Positions 25,911 through 38,015 of a stretch of 64,000 bases of DNA are shown piece by piece (the first letter of the stretch is position 1; the number at the start of each line of letters is the position of its first letter). A model generated the notes under the pieces. The model was given only the letters and a program-made list of their open reading frames with translations. It was not told the DNA's origin and did no database searches. This stretch comes from Raja brachyura (lineage: Eukaryota): assembly GCA_963514005.1 (NCBI GenBank), contig OY740795.1, positions 806,001 through 870,000 of the forward strand. The letters are read 5' to 3'. The translations under genes were made by a program, and so were the position numbers.

Positions 25911-27678
25911 ATTAGCATAGTGGATAAGGGAAAACCAGTGGATGTGTTATATCTAGACTTTCAGAAGGCTTTCGAAAAGGTCCCACATTAGAGATTAGTA
26001 TACAAACTTAGAGTACACGGTATTGGGGGTTCAGTATTGATGTGGATAGAGAACTAGCTGGAAGTCAGGAAGCAAACGGGTCCTTTTCTGAATGGCAGGC
26101 ACTGACTAGTGCAAAGTTCAGTGCTGGGACCCCAGCTGTTTACAATATATATTAGTAATTTGGACGAGGGAATTGAATGCAACATCTCCACGTTTGCGAT
26201 GACACTAAGCTGGGGGGTATTTTTAGGTGTGAGGAGGATGCTAGGAGGGTGCAAGGTGACTTGGATAGGCTGGGTGAGTGGGCAAATGCATAGCAGATGC
26301 AGTGTAATGGGGATAAATGTGAGGCTATCCAGTTTGGTGGCAAAAACAGGAGGGTAGACTATTATCTGAATGGTGGCAAATTAGGAAAAGGGGATATGCA
26401 AAGAGATCTGGTGTACAATTTTGGTCGCCCAATTATAGGAAGGATGTCAACAAAATAGAGAGGGTACAGAGGAGATTTACTAGAATGTTGCCTGGGTTTC
26501 AACAGCTAAATTACAGAGATAGGTTGAATAAGTTAGGTCTTTATTCTCTGGAGCGCAGAAGGTTAAGGGGGGACTTGATAGAGGTCTTTAAAATGATGAG
26601 AGGGATAGACAGAGTTAATGTTGACAAGCTTTTCCCTTTGAGAATAGGGAAGATTCAAACAAGAGGACATGACTTTAGAATTAAGGGACAGAGGTTTAGG
26701 GGTAACATGAGGGGGAACTTCTTTACTCAGAGAGTGGTAGCGGTGTGGAATGAGCTTCCAGTGGAAGTGGTGGCGGCAGGTTCGTTGGTATCATTTAAAA
26801 ATAAATTGGATAGGCATATGGATGAGAAGGGTACGGAGGGTTATGGTATGAGTGCAGGCAGGTGGGACTAAGGGAGAAAAGTTGTTCGGCACGGACTTGA
26901 AGGGCCGAGATGGCCTGTTTCCGTGCTGTAATTGTTATATGGTTATATGGTTATATGGTTATCTGGGTGTCATGGTGCAACAATCACTGAAAGTAGGCAT
27001 GCAGGTGCAGCAGGCATTGAAGAAAGCAAATGGTATGTTAGCATTCACAGCGAAAGGATTTTGAGTATAGGAGCAGGGATGTTTTACTGCAGATGTACAG
27101 GATTTAGGTGAGACCACACCTGGAGTATTGCGTACAGTTTTGGTCTCCAAATTTGAGAAAATACAATCGTGCCATAGATGGGGTACAGAGAAGGTTCACC
27201 AGACTGTTTCCTGGGATTTCAGGCCTTTCATATGAGGAAAGACTGGATGGACTTGGCTTGTACTCGCTAGAATTTAGAAGGCTTAGGGGGGATATTATAC
27301 AAACTTACAAAATTCTTAAGGGGTTGGATAGGCTAGATGCAGGAAGATTGTTCCCGATGCTGGGGGGGGGGGGGTGCAGAACAATGGCTCACAGTCTAAG
27401 GATAAGGGGAATTCCTTTAGGACCGAGATGAGGAAAACATTTTTCAAAAGAGAGTGGTGACTCTCTGGAATTCTCTGCCACAGAAGGTAGTTGAGGCCAG
27501 TTCAATGGCTATATTTAAGAGGGAGTTAGATGTGGCCCTTGTGGCTAAAGGGATAAGGGGGTATGGAGAGAAGGCAGGTACAGGATACTGAGTTGGATGA
27601 TCAGCCATGATCATATGCCGGTGCAGGTTCGAAGGGCCGAATGGCCTACTCCTGCACCTATTTTCTATGTTTCTATGA
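25911..27678 (+). mobile_element. CR1 LINE insertion specific to the GPCR2 block, containing a nested young CR1 3' end (26412-26960)
   Basis: Empty site near 52925 (ctactaattcttggtaaacttcc). ATGAT flanks both ends. The nested piece is nearly identical to 10407-10951 and is flanked by ATCTGG. Confidence 0.85.
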
Positions 27679-27819
27679 TAAACTTCCTCTGGACCCTATC
27701 CACACCCAACACATCCATCCTCAGATATAGTGGACAAAATTGCTCACAATATTCAAAATGCGGCTTTCTCGGTGCCTTAATAGAGACTCAGCATGACAAC
27801 CCTGGTTTGGATACAAACC

Positions 27820-28585
27820 CATATATCCATATAACCATATAACCATATAACAATTAACAGCACGGAAACAGGCCTTCTCGGTCCTTCCAGTCCGTCCCGA
27901 CCATTCATTTTCCCCTAGTCCCATCTAACTGCACTCAGACCGTACCCCTCCATTCCCTTCCCGTCCATATACCTATCCACTTTTCTTCTAAATGTTAAAA
28001 TCGATCCTGCCTCCACCACTTCTGCAGGAAGATCATTCCACACAGCCACCACTCTTTGAGTAAAGAAGTTCCCCCTCAAGTTATCCCTAAACCTCTGTCC
28101 CTTAATTCTCATGTCAAGCCCTCTTGTTTGAATCTTCATTACCCTCAATGGGAAAAGCTTATCCACGTCAACTCGGTCTATCCCTTTCATCATTTTAAAG
28201 ACCTCAATCAAGTCCCCCCTTGACCTTCTGCGCTCCAAAGAATAAAGACCTAACTTGTTCAACCTTTCTCTGTAACTTAGTTGCTGGATGCCAGGCAACA
28301 TTCTACTAAATCTCCTCTGTACTCTCTCTATTTTGTTGACATCTTTCCTATAATTAGGCGACCAAAATTGTACACCATACTCCAGAATTGGTCTTACGAA
28401 TGCCTTGTACATTTTAACATTACTTCCCTACTGCTATATTCAATGTTCTGATTTATAAAGGCCAGCACACCAAAAGCTTTGGTTACCACCCTATCTACAT
28501 GCGATTCTACCTTCAGGGAACTATGCGCAGTTATTCCGAGATCCCTCTGTTCCACAGCATTCCTCAGTTCCCGACCATTTACCCT
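27820..28585 (-). mobile_element. CR1 3' fragment of the (ATGGTTAT)n-tail family
   Basis: ORF 27915-28412 closely matches 10480-10866. Absent at the paralogous site near 53068. Confidence 0.85.
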
Positions 28586-29471
28586 CTTGAAAAAGATGCA
28601 GGCATTGAATTTGCTTTATTCGATTTGCCGATTAACTTTTTGGGAATCCAGTATCAGCACTCCCAAATTCATTTTCATCTCCGATTTCTGAATTATCTAC
28701 CTATTTAAAAAAAAATCTACGCCTTTATTCCTACTAACAAAATGCCGGACTCCACACCTTGCTACACTATTTTCAATCTTCCACCTTTCTGCCACTCATC
28801 CAACATGTCCAAGTCCTTCTGCAGAGTTTCTGCCCTCTCTGCAGCACCTGACCCGCCACCAATATTTGTATCATTTGCAAACTTGGCCACACAGCCTTCA
28901 ATCCCCTCATGCAAAACATGAATATGCAATTTTTGAGTAACGTTACCAGAACCGAACCATGCGGAACTCCATTAGTCACAGGCAGCCAACCAGATAAAAA
29001 GCCCCGTTTAATGGTACGTTTTGTCTTCTGTCATCCAGCCAACCTGATCTCCATGCTAGTTAGTATCTGCCCTTTGATACCGTGGGCTTTCTTCGTCCTT
29101 AGTCGCCGCACGTGTTGTCCATTATCAAAGTATTTCCATAAATCGGAGTAAACAGACCACCCTTGGCTTGAGTATTTACCTCTTCAAAGGATCAAAGAAC
29201 AATTGTAATGCAAGACTGCCCTTCACAAAGCCCTGCAGTCTTCGACCTATTTTATCGTGAACTTCGAAGTACTACACAACCTCAACCTTAATCGTGGACT
29301 CTAAAATTTTACCAACCAATGAAAGCTGACAAACCAGCCTATAGTCCCCACTATTCTGCCTTGCTCGCTTCTTGTGCAATGGGGTAATATTACCAATTTT
29401 CTAATGATCTGGGACCACTCCTGCCTCTAGTGATTCTTAAAATATCACTGTGAATGCCTGCAAAGTCTCTG

Positions 29472-30383
29472 AAACATAGCAACATAGAAATTAGGTGCAG
29501 GAGTATGCCATTCGGCCCTTCGAGCCTGCACCGCCATTCAATATGATCATGGCTGATCATCCAGCTTAGTATCCCGTACCTGCCTTCTCTCCATACCCTC
29601 TAATCCAGTTAGCCACAAAGGCCACAACCAACTCCCTCTTAAATATAGCAAGTGAACTGGCCTCAACTACCCTCTGTGGCTGAGAATTTCAGAGACCCAC
29701 CACTCTCCGTGTGAAAAAAAGTCCTTCTCAACTCGGTCCTAAAGGATTTCCCCCTTATTCTTATGTTGTGACCCCTTGTCCTAGACGTCCCCAACATCGG
29801 GGACAATCTTCCTGCAACTAGCCTGTCCAACCCCTTAAGAATTGTGTAAGTTTCTATATGGTCCCTTCTCAATCTCCTAAATTCAAGTGAGTATAAATCG
29901 AGTCTATCCAGTCTTTCTTCGTAGGACAGTCCTGACATCCCAGGAATCAATCTGGCAATTCCTCTGCACTTCCTCTCTGGCAATAATGTCCTTCCTCAGA
30001 TTTGGAGACCAGAACTGTACGAAATACTCCAGGTGTTGTCTCAACAAGGCCCTATACAACTGAAGTAGAACCCCCCTGCTCCTACACTCAAATCCTTTTG
30101 CTATGAAAGCTAACATACCATTCGCTTTCTTCACTGCCTGTTGCACCTTCATGCCTACTTTCAATGACTGGTGTACCATGACACCCAGGTCGCGCTGCAT
30201 CTCCCCTTTTCCTAATCGGCCACCATTTAGATAATAGTCTGCTTTCCTGTTTTTGCCTCACATTTATCCACATTATACTGCATCCAGCAAACATTTGCCC
30301 ACTCACCCAGCCTATCCAAGTCACCTTGTAGTCTCCTATCATCCTCCTCATAGCTAACACAGCCCCCCAGCTTAGTGTCATCT
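29472..30383 (-). mobile_element. CR1 3' fragment specific to the GPCR2 block
   Basis: ORFs 29663-30381 carry CR1 motifs. The paralogous site near 53930 (aaactctggagccacctc) is uninterrupted. Confidence 0.8.
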
Positions 30384-30661
30384 GAGCTCTCCTCTTTCAG
30401 AACACTCGGGTGCAGTCCATCAGGTCCAGGTGGCTTAAGCACCTTCAGCCCGTTCATCATCCCAAGCACCTTCTACAGAGTAATATACACTACACTAACT
30501 ACCACGCCCTGACTCTCTTGAATTCAGGCACGTTCCTGGTGTCTCCCATTATGAAAGACACCAGGACCGACAACAGACGCTTTGTCGGTAAAACGCCTTT
30601 GATTAGAAGATGCTCCCCCGTGTGACAGGTTATACACGGCTTCTTATTATCAGTTTATCCC

Positions 30662-30951
30662 CGCTGTAATTCGAAATCTTACTCCAGCGCAGAACACCAG
30701 GTATCCATTTTCCGGAAGAATTAGCAACAAGAAGCGCTATTCGGCCCACGTTCTGACGGATGAGCTGGAAGCAGCGGTCTCCCCACCTCTTCATCGGCTG
30801 CCCCATCTCGCCGTTCATGGCGTGGTCAGAGAGACGATATGATCTGTGTGGACTTTCAACAATCTGGTGTAGGTGCAGGTTAAAGTGTCCTCCATCCTTC
30901 CTGCCCGGTGAGAGCGGATTCCCGGTGTCGCGAAATCGGCTTTGCTCAGAC
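30662..30951 (-). pseudogene. Probable highly decayed, inverted TCR alpha/delta V remnant
   Basis: With frameshifts, the minus strand reads GLSKADF..RESALTGQEG..TLTCTYT. An FCA lies 62 codons later, then a heptamer-like TACAGCG. The acceptor appears mutated, there are stops, and no clear WYRQ. Confidence 0.35.
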
Positions 30952-33069
30952 CCGGAGCACGCGTGGCAAAAGTGTAGTTCTCATTTTAAAAATAAACATA
31001 GACGTGGTGATTGCGAGGATACACCTCCACGTCAAAGTACAATGAACGTTCCCAGCAAATAACGGGATTGTGTCTGTTCGAGGCTTATATAAACGTCCGT
31101 ACGCTTTACCTTGTCATCTTTCCCCAATTACGTTACATGGCCTAATTCAAGTTTTGTCTATAAACGCCTGTCATTTGCCGACACCACACCGCCTGCGATG
31201 AAGCAACAGATTCTCATGATATTCCACATTAAGAGCATTCTGACGAACTCACCAGTGGGTTACTTAGCGAAGAAGTGGACATGTGTTCCATGACACAGGA
31301 CATAAATACCACAGGAGGAAATGTCCCCTTATTGACCTCTCGGGCAAAAACCTTATAGTGTGGATGATCCATGCTGCAAGCTGTCTTATAGGGAACGGAA
31401 CTTCTCTCACTTGATATCCCCGAATGGTTGAAATCCTGCAGATTGCATTCAAAATAATCATCTACATTTGCATGTTCCTCCATGTTTCAGGAATCCAGGC
31501 TGCTTCCTCCAATATATTTGTGGAAAATTAAGTCAATTTGGAAACGTTGTCATTCTAACGGACGAAGGCACTTTTCGCTTCTTCAGACAGATGGTGGCGC
31601 TGGGAGATAGTAGAGGCAGGATAAATCGTCAAACATAATAAGTGCACAAAGGCGAGGAAGGTTCTTGTTAAAGAAGGAACTGCAGATGCTGGAAAATCGA
31701 CGGTACACAAAATGCTGGAGAAACTCTGCGTGTGCAGCAGCATCTAAAGAGCGAAGGAGATAGGCAACGTTTCGGGCCGAAGTGCTTCTTCAGACTGTTG
31801 GGGGGTGGGGGCATGCGGGGGGAAGACATTTAAAAGGAGGAGGAGAAGCCCGAGGGCTGAGGGAGAGGTTGGAAGGGTAGGAGACAGCAAGGGTTAACAG
31901 AATTGTGAGATCGATGTTCGTGCCAAGGAACGAGGTAAGAGGTATAGGGGCAGGTGAGCGAGGGAGGAGAAAATGTGATGCGTCCCTGTCACTTGACCGG
32001 CCATATAGTCTTGCCTTGTTGGAAGTGAGGGCGCGCGAACCTGCCATAGGTGCCGAAAGGCCTTCCCTCCTTCTGTTTCAGTTGGTCAATTTTACCCTTT
32101 GTGATATCACAAAATGCTGTAACATTGCTACAAATACTCCAGCATTTTGTGTTCATTTCTGATCTGCTGTGTTCATCCGATTTTTACAAATAGAACAATC
32201 CCACTATCACCAAGATGTGTTCCCGAACCCACCTACCTGATCAGCTACATGCTTCTCCCACCGCATTACCACAATGATGATGCCATACTCTCATAGCGCG
32301 AGAGACCCGGGTTCGTACCTGACATCGGGAGCTGTCTGTGAAGAGTTTGCACTTTCTCCCTGTGATCGTGTCGGTGCCTCCACGTGCTCTGGTATATTCC
32401 CACATGCCAAAGATCTGCTGGTTTGTACGTTATTCGGCCTCCGTAATTAGCATCCGGTGTGTAGAATGGGGACTCTCGGATCAGTTGGAGGTCGTTGGAT
32501 GATTTGCCCACAAATAAATTTGAAAACACGCCCTTCGACGCATTTTGCCCACACCGGCCCACATGTCCGAGCTGCACTACTCCCACCTGCCCGCGATTGA
32601 CCCATGTCTCTCCAAACATGTCCTATCCATCTCCGTATCTAACTGTTTATTAAACGTCGGTATAGTCCCTGCCTCAAATACATTTTCTGGCTGCTTGTTG
32701 CGTACACCCACTTACTTTGGTAATGAAAAGTTAGCCCTCAAATTCCCATTAAATATACTCCGCTTCACTTAAAACCTCTGTCCTCTGGTCCTCCATTCAA
32801 CTAGTTATTTTTTATCTGAAATTATTTGAGAAATAATGTTAACAGATATTCTAAGATATTTAACAATCCCCACCATGCAGGAGATAACAAATATGTGTAA
32901 ATATTTCACAGAAGACTCTGTCTCGGCCCTCGCATTGCTCCAATGGAAATTGTCAGTGCATTCCGGATGCGGATCACCTTCTTGCATGGCTCTATATGCC
33001 AACCGCAAATTAACGTAAATGACACCAGATTAAGGCGGCAACAATGTTGGTGATGGGGTTGGAGTTTAA

Positions 33070-33280
33070 CACCACACACACGCATACACAGACACACAGA
33101 CATAAACATACACACACGCACACTCACAGACACACGCACGCGAACGCACACACACACAGACACACACACAGAAGCACACGCACGCACACACACGCAACCA
33201 CAGGCACCCACACGCACGCACGCACACACACACGCACACACGCATGCACGCACGCACACACTAGACACACACACGCACAC
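33070..33280. repeat. (CA/CG)n microsatellite
   Basis: Directly visible. Confidence 0.95.
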
Positions 33281-34034
33281 CCTGTCTTTCAAATTCGCAT
33301 ATGTGGCTAACCCTAATTATTCTCCCCACATTCACATGATATTCAAGTTTTCCAGGCTTCAAGGTCAGTTTATTGTCACATGTACCAGTTAAAGAACAGT
33401 GGAATTGAGTTATCGTGCAGCCATACTGAGTGCGAAGCCACTAGACACACAACCACATACAAGTTAACATGTACACCCACCACAATTCATTCCATATTGC
33501 GCACTGTGATGGAAGGCAGTAAAGTTCAATCTGCTTCCTCTTCTCCCGCGGTCGGCGCAGTCAAACCAACCGAAGTCGGGGCAATGGAAGCCCCCGCAGA
33601 CGACGATCGAAGCCCCCGTCTGGGTGATCGAACTCCCGCGTTGGGGCGATTGAAACTTTCCCCGCGGCATCGAGCCATCGAGTCGGTTCTTCTTACCAGA
33701 GACCGCAGGCTTCATGATGTTAAAGTTCACAGGCGAATTTGGAACACACTAAGTGTCCGAACACACTAAGGACAATTTTCATTGAAACCAAGCAGTTACC
33801 CTGGAAAACGGTAAGTATTTGGAGTGTGTGAGGAAGCCGAAGATCTCGGAGAAAACCCCTGCAGGTCACGGGGAGAGTGTACAACTCCATACAGACATGC
33901 ACCCGTAGGTAGCATCGAACACGAGGCCCGGGGATCTAGCGCTGTAAGGCATCAACTCCAATGCTGCGCCATCGTGCCGCCCTGGAACGTTTGAGGAAGC
34001 ATGAGCACATGGGCGAACAACTTAACCAAGGATT

Positions 34035-34465
34035 CAACAGCATTGTGCCAGAGCTACTACACTCCAAACTTTTCGAGTTGGCTGAGCCTGAACCCCTCTG
34101 ACAGTATATCACCAACTTCCTGACAGACAGGAAGCAGCATGTGAGGCTGGCAAAGCACAGCCCGGACCCGCAAACGCTCAGTATAGGAGCACCGCAAGGC
34201 TGCGCACTCTCTCGTCAACTCATTCCACACCAACGACTGCACCTCCACAGACTCCTCTGTCAAGCTTCTCAGGTTTGCGAACGACACAACTCTAATTGGA
34301 CTGATCGAGGATGGGGAGGAATCTGCCTACATACAGGAAGTGTCATAGCTGGCGTCCTGGTGCAGGAGCAACAACCAAGAACTCAATGCTCTTAAGTGAC
34401 TGGAATTGATTGTAGATTTCAGCAGAGCTCCCATTCCCCTCACCCACCTCACCATCCTCAACAGT
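34035..34465 (+). mobile_element. Rex1/Babar-like RT fragment
   Basis: TLSIGAPQGCALS, KLLRFANDTTLIGLI, WCRSNNQELN-like sequence. Confidence 0.75.
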
Positions 34466-35009
34466 CACATAGAAATATAGAAAATAGGTGCAAAAGGAGA
34501 CCATTCGGCCTTTCGAGGCAGCACCGCCATTCAATATGATCATGGCTGCTGGTCCACTATCAATAACCCGTGCCTGCCTTCTCCCCATATCCCTTGAATC
34601 CACTAGGCTCCACTAAAAACCGGAAGTGGGGGCGCTGTCTGGCAGTTGCGGCTCGCCTGCAGTCCGTCTGTCTTTTCTTTTTTTTTGTTATCCTTTGTCT
34701 GTTTTAGTTTAGTTTAGTTTATTAGGCTGTGTAAGTTTGGGGGGGGGTGGGAAAAAACATGGTTTTAGTCTCTTCCTTCGGGGGGATGCGAACTTTTCTT
34801 GTCGTGTCCCCCGTCTCCGTCTCCGCTGAGGCCGAATGGCGGAGCTGACTGCCTCGGGGCTGTGGGGGTGTTCCGGCAGCGGCAGCGGCAATGGCGCGAC
34901 TTGGTAGCAGCAGCGTCCCGACTTGGAGCTGTGGCGGCGCACCGGCAGCAGCAGCGGCCCGACTTAGAGCTGTGGCCTGACTTTGGAGCTGTGGTGGTGT
35001 TCTGGCGTT

Positions 35010-35125
35010 CCGGCGGCGGTGGCGGCGGTGGCAGCGGTGGCGGCGGTGGCGGCGGTGGCGGCGGTGGCGGTGGTGGCGGCGGTGGCGGCGGTGGCGGCGG
35101 TGGCGGCGGTGGCGGCGGTGGCGGC
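35010..35125. repeat. (GGCGGCGGT)n GC-rich tandem expansion inside an interspersed repeat (~34612-35583)
   Basis: Directly visible; it generates the poly-G, poly-P and poly-AAV ORFs. Confidence 0.9.
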
Positions 35126-35584
35126 GCGGCTTCCGAGGCCCTGCCTCCGAGGCCCGGCCTCCGTCCCAGCGGACGACATCGTCGGGAGCTCACAGGTCTC
35201 AGGTTGGTGACCTGTTTACTTGAGCTCCCGCAACAACAGCTTCGTCCGTTAAGGGCTTCGACCACCCCGGGCCGCGGAGTTTGGACCGGCCCGTTCGCGG
35301 AGCTGGATTCAGCCGCGGGACTGACTTACTTACCATCACCCGGCGGGGTCACAACATCGGAGGCCTGGATCGCATCAGCGCAGAGGGAGAACAAGGAGGG
35401 AAGGGACAAACACTAAGACTTTTGCCTTCCATCACACTGAGGAGGTGCCAGGTGAACTCACTGTGTGGATGTTAAATTTGTATTTATTCTGTGTTTTTGT
35501 TATTTGTATTATATGTATGACCACAGGCACGAAATTTTGTTCAGACCGAAAGGTCTGAATGACAAAAAAGGTCGCATTTCATTT

Positions 35585-36599
35585 AATTAGCCCCGAGAGC
35601 TCTATCCAACTCTCCCTTAAATCCATCCTGTGATTTGGCCTTCACTGCCCTCTGCAGCAGGGAATTCCATAAATTCACAACTCTCTGGGTAAAAATGTTT
35701 GTTCTCAGCTCAGTCTTGAATGACCTCCCCTTTATTCTATGACTGTGGCCCCTGGTTCTGGACTCATCCAACACTGGGAACATTTTTCCTGCATCGAGCT
35801 TGTCAAGTCCTTTTATAAATGTATATGTTTCTATTATCGCCCCCCTCATCCTTCTAAACTCCAGTGAATGCAAGCCCACTCTTTTAAATCTTTCCTCATA
35901 CGACAGTCCCGCCATCCCGGGGATCAATCTCGTGAACCTACGCTGCACTGCCTCAATCACAAGGATGTCCTTCCACAAATTAATAGATCAAAACTGTACA
36001 CAATACTCCAGATGTAGTCTCACCAGAGCCCCATGCAACTGCAGTAGTAACTCTATACTCCTGTTCGGAAATCCTCTTGTTATGAAGGCCAACATTCCAT
36101 TAGCTTTCTTCACTGCCTGCTGTACCTGCACGCCAACTTTCAGTGATAGGTGTACCAGGACACCCAGGTCTCGCTGTACCTCCCCCTTACCTAACCTAAC
36201 CCCATTGAGATAATAATCTGCCCCCTTGTTTTGCCGCCAAAGTGGATAACCTCACATTTATCTATATTATACTGCATCTGCCACGCATCTGCCCACTTTG
36301 TCAACCTGTCCAGGTCCCCCTGCAATCTCCTCACATCATCTTCACAGCTCACATTGCCACCCAGCTTTGTGTCATCCGCAAATTTGCTAGTTTTGCTCCT
36401 AATTCCCTCCTCCAAATCATTTATATATATGGTAAACAATTGCGATCCCAACACCGAGCCTTGCCGCACTCCACTCGCCACTGCCTGCCATTCTGAAAAT
36501 GACCCGCTCACTCCTACTCTTTGCTTCCGGTTTGCCAACCAATTTCTTTCCATGTCAACACCCTACCCCCAATACCATGTGCTCTAATGTTAGTCGCCA
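35585..36599 (-). mobile_element. CR1 LINE, 3' part of the element interrupted by the DIRS insertion (its 5' part continues at 41305-41735)
   Basis: ORFs 35583-35978 and 36191-36553 (GVRQGSVLG, FADDTKLGG). ORF 41273-41617 supplies the preceding RT motifs on the same strand. Confidence 0.88.
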
Positions 36600-36935
36600 T
36601 TTTACCTCGGAGTCACGTGAGTGACTACGTGAAGAACCCCGTACAGCCGTTCGTGCGTCATTGCGTCAGACGTTTTTCGTGCAGACGACTGTGGAGCAGC
36701 GCAGCTCCAACATGATAAGTCTAAACAAGTTGCAGGTAAGTGCTATTTTTCTTACCTGTTCTAGGTCTCTGCAGGAACGTCCGGGGGTTTTGCAGTGGAT
36801 GTTCGCGATAGCCGACGAGGGAACCAGCCTAGGGCTTTGGGGGAAAACCCTGGTCCGACCGCGGAAGCGGAGAGCTGGCGAAAGTCGGGCTCGCGATCGG
36901 AGTCACTGATAACGCGGTCAGTGACTCCACACGTT

Positions 36936-37430
36936 GGGTTCCCGGGTAGGGGAACCCGAGAATAGTGCGGTTTTAGACCGCAGTAGTCCGCAGGGGGTGG
37001 GGCTTAACGGACCTGAACGGTCAGCCTGGGTTCCCGGGGAGGGGAAACTCAAGTATAAGCGGTTCTAAACCGCAGTAGTCCCGCGGACATTGGATTAAAA
37101 CTAACCTAAATGGTTAAGCTGGGTTCCCGGTGCAGGGGAAACCCAAATATATGCGGTTTTACATCGCAGTAGTCCCCAGCGCATGGGGTTAAAACAAACC
37201 TAAATGTTTAGGCTGGGTTCCCGGTGCAGGGGAAACCCAGGTATATGTGTGGTTCCCAGACCACAGTAGTCCCCAGGTAATGGGGTTAATTCACATAAAT
37301 CATTAGCCTGCGTGCCAGGAGGGTACCGCGGATATATATTTATATATATATATTATATTTATATGGATTCCTGGGGAGGGGAAATTCACCTATGGGGTTC
37401 CCAAACTACAATAATCCCCAGGATATGGGG
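36936..37430. repeat. ~93-bp tandem repeat, ~5 diverged units, each with inverted-repeat stems
   Basis: gggttcccgg recurs at 36936, 37028, 37121 and 37215, with a degenerate unit near 37310. Confidence 0.8.
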
Positions 37431-37495
37431 ACAACTGACAAAATAGTCAGTACAATTGGGAAAGTTGGGAGATTTCACCTCTGGGAATTAATTTA

Positions 37496-38015
37496 GAGAG
37501 CAGCACTTTTGGGTAGGGCTGCTTCATGGGAATGTCAAGTTATGGCAGTGCCAGCCTATGGGAAAGACTGTGCCAGCAGTACCTTTGTTTAGGACTGCTC
37601 ATGGGGATGCCAAGCTATGGCAGGCTAGCCTGCTGGAGAGGCTGTGCCAGCAGCACCTTTGCTCAGGACTGCTCATGGGGATGCGAAGCTATGGCAGGCT
37701 AGCCTATTGGAGAGGCTGTGCCAGCAGCACCTTTGCTCAGGGCTGCTCATGGGGATACCAAACTATGGCAGGCTAGCCTATTGCAGAGGCGGTGCCAGCA
37801 GTACCTTTGCTCAGGACTACTCTAAGGGAATGCCAAGTTATGGTAGGCTAGCCTATTGGAGAGGTTATGCCAGCAGCATCTTTGCTCAGGGCTGCTTGAT
37901 GAGAATGCCAAATCTATGGCAAATACTGGCCTATGGGAAAGTCCGTGCCAGCAGCTACTTTGTTCAGGGCTGCTTCATGGGCACCAGGGGTACCTTGTTA
38001 GGGCTGCTTTATGGG
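37496..38015. repeat. ~74-bp tandem repeat, ~7 units
   Basis: gtgccagcag recurs at 37570, 37644, 37718, 37792, ~37867 and 37945. Confidence 0.88.

Noticed and set aside
31424-31531. 35-aa signal-peptide-like ORF containing the octamer ATTTGCAT (31466-31473)
   Set aside because: No splice donor or downstream V exon, and a lone octamer is expected by chance in 64 kb.
34765-35416. Long poly-Gly and poly-Pro ORFs
   Set aside because: Artefacts of the GGC-rich tandem repeat.
36936-38015. Regularly spaced repeats as a CRISPR-like array
   Set aside because: The units are full tandem copies with no unique spacers, and they lie inside a eukaryotic retroelement.
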